In this document: one piece after another, positions 28,033 to 42,608 of the stretch
How the letters are laid out: each line of letters opens with the position of its first letter
Numbering within the stretch: position 1 is the stretch's first letter
Assembly: GCF_009914755.1 (NCBI RefSeq)
Contig: NC_060947.1
Source: the human T2T-CHM13v2.0 reference genome, Homo sapiens
DNA: 64,000 nucleotides
Strand: one strand, 5' to 3'
The notes under the pieces: generated by a model
The model's database searches: none
What the model was told of the DNA's origin: nothing
The model's input: the letters and a program-made list of their open reading frames with translations, nothing else
Translations under genes and position numbers: made by a program

Positions 28033-30209
28033 GAAGCTGTCAGTGGTGTTGTCCTGAATGACGTTGGCCTGTACCTGTTAGGGTGATAGCTCTTCTAAAT
28101 CAGAACAATTTCCCCATCTCAATAATGTGGATCTGTTTCCTTGAACCTAAACTGTGTCTCTGAGGGTATAGCTTCCAGAGGGCTGTGTGAGCTGTCATAC
28201 ACATGAAATGCAGCAAGGACTCTTATGGAGAGGACCTCTATCACCTGACGTAGTTTCTGAGAAGACTCATGGCAACAGCGCCTATCATAGTTTTGAGTGT
28301 CTGAATGTTTAATTAAATCTACAGTGACCCCTTGGAGGGTGATTGAATGATATTTCTCTACTCTCCAAATATGCAACTTCGTTCTTACCCTCTGCATCAT
28401 CATTTATAAAATAGAAAGACTAGAGCTGGTTTTCTCCAGGTGTGGATCTCTGATAATCCTCAGCAGAGTCACTTGGGATACAGATTCTCAGGTCTCAACC
28501 AAGAGAAATTAAATCAGGATCTTTGAGGTTAGGGTCCTGTAATCTTCTTTTTTAACACCTTCTCCTCCCCATGGTACTTGAATACACAGCTGGACAAGAT
28601 GCTCATTAGTTTATTTTCTATTTTAGCCCTTGACCTTATAATTCTAATGATTTGTTCCTCCCATTCTACATAATGTCTTAATGCAATTCAAATCTCATTT
28701 CTTCAGAAGACCATCAAGGAATAAATAACTGGGAGTTTCAGAAATGGCAACAGTTTAGGGAAAATCTCTGTAGTTAAGTCAGGTTTGAGAAACCCCTGGA
28801 ACAATTTGTTGTAATTGTATACTTTTTTAAAGATCCTTTTGGTCCCCTGTAATCCTTATGATTATTAAAACATACAGGTCCTTAGCACCATATAACGATT
28901 CTGTTTAAACTGTTGGCTTTTCTTTTTTTTCAACATGCTATCACCATTGTCACTGTTGCCTTGACTGTAGGGTAGTGACTTGCTAGAAGGTCAGAGATTA
29001 TATTAGGTCTTACCAAACAAGTGAAAATCAATATTTTCACTCTCTTTAGGAGAATGAGTTTCATATATACTCGAGATGAAAGAAAAATTCCCTTTGTTGT
29101 TCTGCTGAAGTTGTCAAGCCTTCCATTAGTCTAGGTTAAGTTTCTGGGGTTATGAATTTAATTTTGGTTTCTAATATTGATTTATATTTCATAAAGACTT
29201 TGTTGGTTACAAAAAAAAAATCCTCAGTAAATTTTTCTACTTCAAGGGCAGTGCTTTAGTTTAGAAAAAGATGTGTTTCTCAGTGATTTAGTTTCCATTT
29301 CTGGACTTAACAATAATGAGTGAAACAGGAAATTTTGCTGTGAATTATGAAAGGTTATTATACAGTATTTCCAAGCCACTCAAAATTATGCATTCATCTT
29401 AGGCTCTTAAATTTAACAAAACTGAATGAGATTCAATACTATTTTCTCTGTTTTATCAAAATGTTATTGAAAGTTGTTTAAGATTTTATACTCCTCGAGG
29501 GCACATATCTTTTGTCATCTTTGCATTTTCAGTAGTGTTTTTATACTGCAGATAATTTATGCACATTTTATAAATGAGTGAACAAATAGATGTTATGAAA
29601 AAAAAGTACTGTTATCAGATTCCAGGATAAAGTAAAAAGCAATATTTAGCAATCCTCCATATACTACAATGCCCTACCCAAGCCTGTTAATTCCACTCCT
29701 CATCCTCATCCTGCCACAAACATTTTCAGAAGTCCTCAGACATCTCTGCTATATTCCCTAACTTGCCCCAAACTCCCGTGATCCAAAAGTAGGCTTCCCT
29801 TTCTCAATTAAACTTCCCTTTCGCTCAGTACCCCAATCTGAGCTTGCTATCCTGCGGAGAGTTACCTGGGAAATGAAGAGATGCAGCTGTATGATATATA
29901 TGAACAAGTTTACCCTTACTGGGGAGATTTGTATTTTAAAAGATGGTGATGGAAAACTACAGTGATATATACATGCTAACTTTTCCCAATGTTCAAATTT
30001 CAGGTAGTGGGACATATGGCAAAGGTATTTTTCAATAGCAACCTAAAGACCTCTCAGGGAGGTGACCTCCTTTTCTGCCTCCAAGTATTGCTGGTTCTGC
30101 TATAACCTGATATGATTTTTTATTTATAGAGTGCTTTTTATAAGTTGCCTTCTTCAGGAAACATAAAAGAGTGGGAGGGGAAATGAATAATCTCTCATGC
30201 TTTTGTATC

Positions 30210-30370
30210 AGTTATTATCAACTTTGGCTGTACATTAGAATCACCTGGGGAGCTTTAAAAAAATCCTTGTGTCCAGGCCATCCTCCAAGCCAATTAAATC
30301 AGAATCTCCAGGGATGGAGCCCAGGTATCAGTATATATAAAGTTCCCAGGTAATTAGATTGTGAGGCCCA
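30210..30370. mobile_element. MER5A-like MITE
   Basis: caactttggctgtacattagaatcacctggggagctttaaaaaa...aaatcagaatctccagggatggagcccagg. Confidence 0.7.
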
Positions 30371-30599
30371 CTAATCTAAATGAGGATGAGGAATGCAGTA
30401 GATCTCTGATGCTTACAGAAGACAATAGTTATAAGAAAAAGCCATGTGAGAAAAATTGGAAATGGTTGACCCTTTGGGAACTGGAGAGCAAAGACAGTGG
30501 CTACTGAGCTCCAACCAAGTGTTGCACCATGGGAGGGAAGGAGCAAGATGATTAAGAGGATCAGCCCTAGTGGCAGATCCCCTGAGGTTAAAGTACTTT

Positions 30600-30790
30600 T
30601 CTGCCCTTCACTATGTGAGTTTGAATGAGTGTCTTCTTTGTACTTGTTTTCTTATTAGCAAAGTGAGGATGATGATTATACCTATCTCTTAAGGTTGTTG
30701 TGAGGATTAAATGAAATCATAAGCATAAATCACTTAGCATTATGTTGGGCACGTAACAAACATATTCTACACTTTTGAACTATTTTGTTA
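30600..30790 (+). mobile_element. MIR
   Basis: MIR core-like tacctatctcttaaggttgttgtgaggattaaatgaaat...cacttagca. Confidence 0.7.
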
Positions 30791-31114
30791 TGATGATCAA
30801 CTTTGAAATACTAGAGTTCACTTGTCTTCTTTTCAGTAGGAAGTTGGCTTCCAATCTAGGGAGAGAGAAGGAAGAGAAGCAAGAGCTAGGGAGATGATAA
30901 TCAAATGGTTCTGAGAATGATCTTAAATTTTTAAGATTTTTAAATTTTTAAAAAGGCTTTCTATCCCCTTGTTCCCACCCTCAGCCCTCAAGAATTTCTT
31001 ACTGTCTTTATTTCCTGCCATTTCTTGTTCTTTTATAATCTTGTACCTCTAGTTTCACTATACATCAAAAAGATGGGAAGTGATATGCTAACATAAATGG
31101 GTGAATTTGTAGAT

Positions 31115-31575
31115 GTATCAGTTGAGATTTTGCTGTGTAGTAAACTACCTCAGAACAAACAATAATTATTTTGTAGCTTAAAACAACTATTTTGTTTGTG
31201 CCTCATTAATGAATGGGCAATTTGGGCTGTGTTCTGCTGGGTGGTTGTTTTTATGGCCTTACTCATGTATCAGTGTCAGCTGTTGGTCATCAGGGACACT
31301 CTTTATTTCAGGATGGACTGGCTGAGGCTGGGATGAAGGGGTTGACTGAGCCATGTGTCCCTCATTATATAACTAGTTAACCTTGGCTTATTTACATGAT
31401 GGAAACAGTTTCCAGGAGTGGAAGATTGGAAGCTTTTAAGATCAAGGCTGATAACCAGCACTGCATACTTCTCCCAATTTCTTTTGGGCATAAAAAATCA
31501 TAAGGCTAGCGCATATCCAAGGGAAAAGTAAGATGAGAGTTGCTTCAAAGCGTTATGGCCATTTTTTGGTAATCT
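31115..31575 (-). mobile_element. Old MLT1 LTR
   Basis: tgtatcagttgag...tgctgtgtagtaaactacc...gcttaaaacaac...gggcaatttgggctg, diverged. Confidence 0.6.
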
Positions 31576-34500
31576 TTGACAATAACCTGTTGAAATAAAG
31601 CAAATGGGAGGAAATGAGGTCACAGTGAGGCTGATAGCATTGGACATATAAAAGTCATATTATAGATAGGCTTTGGCAGATGACTGGGTATGTGTGGTGA
31701 GAGATAGAAAAAAATTAGTGGAAGTTGCAGACTTAGTAATTATGAGAATTGAACTTTGATTAACTAAAATAGGAAAGCCAGAAGGTGACAAAGTAGCACG
31801 GAGGCTTACCTATATATTCTCTTACAGAAAACTTTGTACTGTATTCCTTTTCTAAAATTGCTTTTGTTTTTTAATAACCATTTTTTCCCAAGGGCAAGAT
31901 GTGTTTTAAAATTCATTAGTTAAGGACTCAAATGACCAATTCGATTTTTCTACTTCTTAGTTGACTCCTTCATGAACTTTTGGAATAATAATAAAATGTA
32001 TAAATAGTGTATGTACTTTATGCTTTAAATGAATATTCCTCTAATATCAACTCCAAAGCAGGTTATTCAAAGTATGAAAACCAACATATCTAACTCTGTG
32101 CTCAGACCAAGATTTGTGTAGCATCTCTAGAGAATCTGAGAGAAATCTATGAGAATAAAAGACAGTGGCACTGAGACATTATCTTTACATATGTGCTTAT
32201 TGAATCTGTATAGAATTCTTCTATAAAAATTATAGACTTTTTTGTTACAGATTTGCTCTCATGAATTTAATTTTATATTGCCTTACTCTTATATTGTCAC
32301 TTTATATAGGCCACTAGACTGTGAAATAAAATCAGATAAAGGTAGATGTTTTCCACCACTACCCCTTCTCCCCAATTTAGTATTCACAATTATTTTGCTA
32401 TAGCAAGATGGTCTCTCCTTTTTACTGGTATTTTCCCTCAGAAAGTCTTTTTTTTTTTTTTCACTTTGACGTGCATTACGTTAGGTACTTTAAAAATAGC
32501 ATATTTTCCTAAATTAATAGTCTTTAATATTCATTTATAAATACCCAGCACCACTTAACCTAGTGCTTTAAAAATTGATTATTATTTATTATTGCCATTA
32601 CTTAAAATGTGCTTTTAAATAATTAAATGACTTTTTAATATTCCCCTCTCTCTCTCACTAACTTGAATACATTTTACCAGCCTTGATTTGTGGAGATGTC
32701 TCCACATGGATAGCTAGCTCTACTGGACAGGATAGCTTGTGTTACTAGCTCAGGCATAAATAATTATTTACTTTTGTTCTCTTACAGTATTTTCCTGATC
32801 TGTTACTTTGCTACTTCCATATTATTGCTGCATAATAAACTATCTAAGTACTCAGTGGTTTCCAATAACAATCCTTAATTCTCACTCCGTTATCCGTGGA
32901 TCTTCTGGGGGTTGGCTATCTGTAAGGGGCTTAGCTGAGTTAGACTCTAAGATGTAGGTTGAGTCTCGGTCTGTGTCATATAACTCATTCTCTTTAAACC
33001 CATCATAGGTTTGAACATGGTATGGTCTAGGAAGATGACTCTGACAGCACTTTTTCTCTTTGCCAATTTGAACGCAGATGACTAGACATCTCAATGTATA
33101 AGATGTGAAACAGGAAACAACATGCAAATATACCTTTATTGACTTATAACAGATGACAGCAATTCCATTTTCCTCTACTATTGCATTTTCTACTCTATTT
33201 GTGAATGTGAGCTTTCCTCATCAATTTATAGAATCTCTGTATGACTCATTCTGTCTTAATCTAAAACTGAAATAACTTTATATTGTGGAAATAAAATATC
33301 TTACATCTCAATGTAGTCTAAAATAGGTTAAATGAGATGGTTCTTCCTGAGCAAGCACAGCAGGTCTGCAATACATCTTCTTTCTCCACATACATTATGT
33401 CAAGTATTCCTTTAGCATTTATATAAGTTGTATATGTCACACAGATATGGATCTATAAATGCAAACAGAGCACAGATGCTGGCACGATACACACTTAAAA
33501 TTGTTTTATAGCTTTTGGATTTTATTTGTGTCGACTTAAAAGCAAATTTATAAATATTTTTTATTTAAGTAAAAGATGTGAGCTGCTATTAACACTGAAA
33601 GTGATTTTAGAGATCATATATTCTACCTCCCACATTCGTCACATTAGGGAGTACAATTCAGATGTGTCAAGTGGCTTATCAGAGGTTGGACTGTGAGTTA
33701 GTAGAAGACCTGGAAATGAACTCCAGCTCTCCTGACTACCCAGTTGGCTTTTTCCATCCTATTGCCATATCTCCTAGGCCTCTGCCAGGACAGAGTGCCA
33801 CAGAACTGTCAGATGGGGAAATGAGACACAATTGTTTCCTGGATTCTATTATTGTTGAGATTTTTAAAAATGTGTTTTAATTCCTAACCTAGCTTTGCAG
33901 GCACATCAAAGCTGAGTGCATGTCCTTCCGAAATCTTCCCTGGTATCCTGTAATGGACACTGATTTTTTTTTTAAATCTTCGAATTCTTGTAACACTTAA
34001 ACATTTTGGTGTGAGGATAGTAAAATCATTAAGAATAGGAAGCATATCTCTTGCTCCTTCTGCACCCTCTCACAGAGATTAGGGCAGTTCTGGCTGTTTA
34101 ATATTATTGACAACTCCCCAGAAAGATGAACACAATAAACTGTTGATTGAGCACAGCCAAGTTTACTAGATCAACTACAGTAAGAGAGAGCACCATCTGA
34201 ATGGAGTCTTGGTAATGTGTCAAAATATGATATTTTTAAGAGTTTCAAGCCCAGGCTGTATAATTTTAGGGTTGGTCTTGCAAAATGGGTAGTTAGTTGA
34301 GGCTTGGGCTGAGTTTATGTCCTAACAGGTTTGAATGGGTGAGAACAACACTACAAGAACCCATGATATGATTAGTGATGGGTAAGGTATTCCAGTATTT
34401 TTAGTGCAAGACGAGGAAAGCATGCATCTTCCCAGAATTGCTTAACGTGGGAAAACATAGTGGTATCAGTTTTTAATATTTGCTTATGGACAGGTCATTA

Positions 34501-34662
34501 TTACATAATCCTAAAAATGAAACTGGGTAAACCCCAAGTTATATGTAGGAGGCATTTCTAAATAACACTCAGAAATTGGAAACTATGTAATTAATCAATT
34601 AATTAATTAATTTTTGGTATACAAATATAGCTCTATTAAACTAATGATAAAGATAGCATCTT

Positions 34663-36214
<1,552 letters not shown>

Positions 36215-36906
36215 TAATTGTGGCACAACAAAGTGATCTCTGTGCCATATCATTTGTCCTACAGTGCATGCTTTCTAGTTTCCTTTGCCTTGACTTCATA
36301 GTAACCTCCTAGATAGAGTCTAAGATTGCTCCTCTGGCACTGGTCCCTTGCTTACTTGTGCTTGGCCTGTCTGTTGCTGACTTCATCTCAGACTTCAGCC
36401 TACAGCCCTGATCCCTGCCTTCAGTCCATATCCTTGGTTTGGTAACTTGTTTATGCGGTCTTCCCAGTATGTAACCACTGTCCATACTCTGTCCATATCA
36501 CTGCTCCAAGGTGGCTTATGGTACTATATTTCCAAAAGCCTGCTAAAGGTCATCACTACAGCAATTCTCCTTTTTCTCCCATCATCAATTTTCTCTTCTC
36601 TACTGAATATTCCTGAAAACATACGAACAGTCCATTGTTTTTCCCATTCTAAAAGAAAGAAAACCTTTCTTGACTCCAATTTCCATTATATTTAACTCCT
36701 TATTATCTCTTTTCCATAATTGCAATATGCCTAAAATTTCTTCAATTTCTTTAATTAATTTATCTCCTCCCATTCTTACCTGAATCTACCCCAATCAGGC
36801 CTTCAACTCCACCGCTTTGCTCAAAGTGTACTGGTGAAGTTGAGTCTTGATTTCCATGTTGCTAAATTCAGTAGTAATTCTCAGTCTTCATCTTACTTAA
36901 AATTAT

Positions 36907-37165
36907 CCAGGCTGGAGTGCAGTGGCAAGATCATGGCTCACTGCAGCATGGACCTCCCAGGCTCAAGTGATCCTCCCACCTCAGCCTCATGAATAGCTAG
37001 GATTACACATGTGCACCACCATGCTTGGCTGGTATTTTTTATTTTTTGTTGAGATGGGGTCTCACTATGTTGCCCGGTCTAGTCTTGGCTCCTGGACTCA
37101 AGCTATCATCCCGCCTTGGCCTCCCAAAGTGTTGGGATTACAGGCATGAGCCATCATACCTGGCC
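36907..37165 (-). mobile_element. AluJ lacking its 3' end and poly(A), inserted in L2-like sequence
   Basis: AluJ-type diagnostics (gctcaagtgatcctcccacc, gtctcactatgttgccc). TSD CATC(T/C)TACTTAAAATT at 36889-36904 and 37166-37181. Confidence 0.88.
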
Positions 37166-37339
37166 CATCCTACTTAAAATTTCAAGAACACTTCACACAC
37201 AGCTGATCAATCTGTTCTCTGTGAAACATTTTATCCTCTTAGCTTCCAACATAATCACTTGCCTGTTTTTCCTTCTAGGTATCTAAATGCTCATTCTCAG
37301 ATTTGTTTTTCTTACTGGTTTCTCTTAATTTCCTCATCT

Positions 37340-39365
37340 TCTTTTTTAAACTGTATTTTATTGTGTTGAGAACACTTAACATGAGATCTGCCCTCTTAAA
37401 AACTTTTGAATGTACAATACAGTATTGTTGACTATAGGTACAATGTTATACAACAGATCTTTATCTTATTTAACTGAAACTTTATGCATATTGATTAGTA
37501 ATTCCCATTTATCCCCACCTCTATCCCCTGGAAACCATCATTCCACTCTGATTCTATGAATTTGGCTATTTTAGATACTTCATGTAAGTGGAACAATTCA
37601 TTATTTGTCTTTCTGTGACTGGCTTATTTTAATTAGCATAATGTCCTCAAGTTTCATTCATGTTGCCATTTATTACACAATTTCCTTCTTTTTAAAAGGT
37701 GTATTCCATTGTATATATGTATCACATCCTCTTTATCCATTCATCTGTTAATGCACATTTAGGTTGTTTCCACATCTTGCTATTGTAAATAATGCTGCGA
37801 TGAGCTTGGGGTCATTGATATACTGATTTCCTTTTCTTTGAATAAATACCCAGAGTTGGATTACTGGATCATACGGTAGTTCTATTTTCAGTTTCTTGAG
37901 GAACCTTCAAACTGTTCTCCATAACAGCTGTACCATTTTACATTCCCACTAACAGTGTGCCAGGGTCCTAATTTCTCCACAACCTTGCCAACACTTGTTT
38001 TCTTTCTCTATATTAACCATCATGACAGGTATGAGGTGATGTCATATGTCATTTTGATATGCATTTTCCTGATGATTAGTGACATTGAACATTTTTCTCA
38101 CATACCTGTTGGCCATTTGTATGTCTTCTTTAAACATCTGTTCAAGTCTTTAGCCCATTTTAAAAATTAGATTACTAGTGTGTTTTTCTGTTTGTTTGTT
38201 TGTTTGTTTGCTATTGAGTTGTAGGAGTTCCTTATGTATTTTGGAGATTAACTCTTTATCAGATAAATGGCTTGTAAATATTTTATTCCGTGCTATAAGT
38301 TGCCTCTTCATTCTCTTGATTGTTTTTTGTTGTTGTTGTCGTGTAGGAGCTTTTCAATTTTAAGTAGTCCCTCTTGTTTATTTTTGGTTTGGTTGCCTAT
38401 GCTTTTGGTGTCATATTCATGAAGCAATTGGTAAGATTAATGCATGAAACTTTTCCCCTGTGTGTTTTCATAGTAGTTTTACAGTTTCAGGTCTTATATT
38501 TAAGTTTTTAATTCATTTTGAGTTTATTTTTCTGTATAGTGTAAAACAAGGATCCCATTTTATGCTTTCATATGTGGATATCTAGTTTCCCCAATATCAT
38601 TTGTTAAATAGACTGTCCTTTCTCCATTGTGTATTTTCGGTACTCCTGTCAAAGATCAATTGGTTGTATATACATGGATTTATTTCTGGGTTCTCTATTC
38701 TGTTAGATTGGCCTATATGGCTGTCTTTATGGCATTACCATATCTTTTGAATACTGTAGATTTGTAATATGTTATAAAATCAGGAAGTGTGAAACCTCTA
38801 ACATTTTCTTTCAAGACTGATTTCATCGTTTATGGTCTTTTATGGTTCCATATGAATTGTAGAATTTTTTTTACCTATTTCTGTAAAAATGCCATGGAGA
38901 TTTTGATATGAATTGCATTGAATCTATAGATTGCTTTGGGTAGTATGAACGTTTTAACAATATTAATTCTTCCAATCCATGAACACGGATATCTATTTGT
39001 TTGTGCCTTGCTTATTTTTTTTAATAGATGTTTTGCCCTTTTCAGTGTACAACTCTTTTGCCTCCTTAAGTTTATTCCTAAGTATTTTGTTGTTTTTGGT
39101 GCTAATGTAAATGGGATTATTTTATTAATTTCTTCTTTAGATATTTTGTTTGTTAGTATATAGAAACACAGCTAATTTTTGTGTGCTGATTTTGAATCCT
39201 GCAACTTTACCAAATTCGTGTTGTAGCAGGTTTTTGGTGGAATCTTTAAGATTTTCTTTATATAAAATGTTGTCATTTGCTAATGGGAACAGTTTTTTTC
39301 TTTCAGATTTGGATGCTTTTTGTTTCTTTTTGTTGCCTAATTACTCTGGCCAGGACTTTAAAACC
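37340..39365 (-). mobile_element. L1MA9/10-like 3' ~2 kb
   Basis: gagaacacttaacatgagatctgccctctt 3' end, continuing into antisense ORF2. Confidence 0.85.
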
Positions 39366-39631
39366 ATATAATTTAGTCTGCAGACATCGTTAGCCATGAA
39401 ATTCACAGGTCTTATGCAAAGCTGGGACTGCTGAAAGTGCCATTTGAATTTTAAGAAACAACAGAGGAGTTTAGTCAGTTATTCTTTCATGTGTTATTGA
39501 AACTCAGTTTTGAGTGCCATCTCAAAACTAACAGAATAAAAAGAATGTGGGAAAATTCTGTATGTACTCAATCTCAACTTTCCTCCTTGAAAGTTAATAT
39601 TTAGTAAAATGTAGTCTGAAAGAAGGAAGCC

Positions 39632-39985
39632 ACTAGAAGTCATAGAAACAGAGAGTAGAATGGTGGTTACCAGGGGTTGAGGTTGTGGGCGGGGGGTTGG
39701 GGGGCATTGGAGTATGTTGGTCAAAGGGCACAAAATTTCAATTAGATAGGAAGAGTAAGTTTAAACGATGTATTGTATAACATGGTGACTGTAGTTATTA
39801 ACAATATTCTTGAAAATTGCTCAGAGTAGATTTTAAGCATTTTCAATGCAAAAAATAAGTTTGTGAGTTAATACATCTGTTAATAACTTGATTAGCCATT
39901 CCACAATGTATATGTACTTCAAAACATCATGTTATAACTATAAATATAAACAACTTGTATTTCTCCATTTAAAAAATAATAAATA
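39632..39985 (+). mobile_element. L1MA-like 3' UTR fragment
   Basis: catagaaacagagagtagaatggtggttaccagggg...ccacaatgtatatgtacttcaaaacatcatg followed by an A-rich tail. Confidence 0.8.
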
Positions 39986-41819
39986 ACTATTTATAGAAAA
40001 GGAAACCACTGGGCTCCCCCTTGCACTATTGGTCTTATCTGGGGAAACTGTTAGCAAAGGCGAAATAATATGCCAGATGTTCCAAATGGATACGTGATAC
40101 CAACAGGCTTCTGTTAGAAACTATCTCCTGCCTACAATCCACCAACTGCAGTAGTGCTTTTGTGTCCTGCATGTGTACTGTCGAATGCCAAATTATAGCT
40201 CCATTTTCCCTCAGCTTTTCTCTATTCAAACTATTGCAGGAAGTTCACTTGTACATTTTGTTTTGTTTTATCCACCCAGTGCTACTATTTGGCTCCAATT
40301 CTACCATAAGCACAGATATATCCCCATGCACTGAAATCTTGTGGCAATGCTTACAGTGGTTAATATTTTTGGATTATCTTCAAAATGAAAGCAGCACACT
40401 ATTTTTAAATTGTTCTTGAGAACCCTCAAGCCTCAATTTGAAAGATACTGCCCTAGAGACCTAACATAAACATGATTCTCTTTTTAACATGCAAACATTC
40501 ATTCCTTCAGTAAATATTTATTCAGCACCTACTATGTGTCAGGCATTGTACTTTGCACTGGAGATTCAATGGGAAGCAACAATGGATAAGGCTGTTGCCC
40601 TATGAATTTATGGTGTAATGGATAAGGCTTTCCTTGAATAAGTCACAATTATAATGAACCAGGCAGCTAAGGACATGTTCACATTTTTATGTAGTATGAA
40701 CAGCTGTAGTACCTCAAATTGATAGAAGCTATGAGTTATATGCAACTTAAACTTGAAGTATTTTTACCACTGAAATAGTCTAGAAGCTGTTCCTGAGAGA
40801 TTAAGTTGTTTTGCATTATCATTACCTTGTCATCATCAGTGGTATGTGGATGTCATGGTTAAAAGAGGAAATATAATTTCGGAATTTGTGGCTTCTCAGT
40901 AGAGAACACATTTAAGGAATGATCTCTAAACTACTATACTACGATGGAAGAGAGAGTTCTAAGAAGTGAAAGAGGATAACAAGAAGATTATTAGGAGGCA
41001 ACAAAGATAGGCTTGGCCTCTGTTGATATTTTCTAGTGATAAGTGCCTGGGGATCATCTAGGTGAAGCTCTAGGCGAATAGTCAGAAGTTGTTGATGTCT
41101 GGTAAGTTATATTAATGTAAAACCAGGCACCAGCTGATTTAAAACATACATAATTCAATAGAACACTTCTATATGTTAATCAATAACATCAGGTCTGATC
41201 ATTTAGGCTACTTGGGTTCTATGTTATTTGGAGCAAGCCGTGCTCCAGATCCTACGAGACAGGTACACTGAGGATACCTAGCAGAGTCCAGCTCTGCTAC
41301 TCCTATGGTCCTTGAATCATCCTGATGGACATAATTGGTAGGCATGTTAAGAGTGCCGAATCTTAGGCCACATTTATACTAAGTCAGAACCTGTATTATA
41401 ACAAGATCCCCAGGTATTTGGAAGAACCTTAATTAAAGTTTGAGAAGCACAGATCTAGTAAACTGACTCTCTCTTAGATCTACTGATAATGCATTTTCCA
41501 AGCCATTGATTCTCATATCAATTTTACCTTTTTAACTCATTTTATAGCATTCTCTGGGCTTATCATTTTTCCCTCATTCAACATCACTTTTTAAGATCCT
41601 TCATTCATACTTTCATGCATTCAATGTATTCATAGTTAGCGAGCATCTTCTATGTGTCAGTCACTGCTCTAGGTGCTAGGGATAGAGGAGTAATCCAAAC
41701 AGGCCATATCCCTGACTTTATGAAGATTTTAGATTATCATATTTTCCATGGCACTCCTATTTTCAGGTATTCTTTATGATCTCAGATCATTGCTCTTGAT
41801 TTTTGGTATAAAATGTTAT

Positions 41820-42062
41820 GTAGCATGACAGAATAAAGTTGATTATACTGAGATTGAAGGAACAGAATGCTTTGAGTCATCACAGACTTTTGTTACAGTC
41901 CTGGATATACTATAGCCTACTAGCTATGTGGTCTTGGGAAAGTTACTTAATCTCTTCGACTCAATTTCCTAAACTGTGCTATTATATATTAATTAGTAGG
42001 ATAAAATAAAATAATATATATTAAATGTCTAGTAGGATATGTGGCCTAAGAGACTTTCAATA
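41820..42062 (+). mobile_element. MIR
   Basis: tactagctatgtggtcttgggaaagttacttaatctct...ctcaatttcct. Confidence 0.65.
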
Positions 42063-42080
42063 AATTGGAGGAAGAACAAC

Positions 42081-42608
42081 TCTGGCTGTTCTTGTATTGC
42101 TATAAAGAAACAACAGACCAACTAATTTCTAAAGAAAAGAGGTTTAATTGGCTCACAGTTCTGCGGGCTTTACAGGAGGCATGGTGCTGGCATCTGCTCG
42201 GCTTCTGGGGAAGCCTCATGAAGTTCACAATCGGCGCAGAAGGTGAAGGGGGAGCGGACACGTCACATGGCTTATGATTAACGTATAGAAGCTTTCTATT
42301 GAATTATGTATGTTTTCACTCAGCTGGTGCCTGGTTTTACATTAATATAACTTACCGGGCATCAACAACTTCTGAGCAAGGAGCAAGAGCAGGAACGAGA
42401 GAGAGAGAGGGAGGTGCTACCTGCCTTTAAACAGATCTCACGAGAACTAACTCACTATCGCAAGGACAGCAGCAAGGGGATGGTGCTGAACCATTTGTGA
42501 TAAATCCACTCCCATGAGCCAGTCACCTCCCACCAGGCCCACTTTCCAATACCAGTGATTATAATTCACCATGATATTTGGGTGGGGAGAAATATATAAG
42601 CTACATCA
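42081..42608 (-). mobile_element. MST (B-like) MaLR LTR interrupted by a ~104-bp non-LTR insert at 42272-42375
   Basis: aaagaaaagaggtttaattggctcacagttctgc...ggcatctgctcggcttctggggaagcctca...ccagtcacctcccaccaggcccac. Confidence 0.88.
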
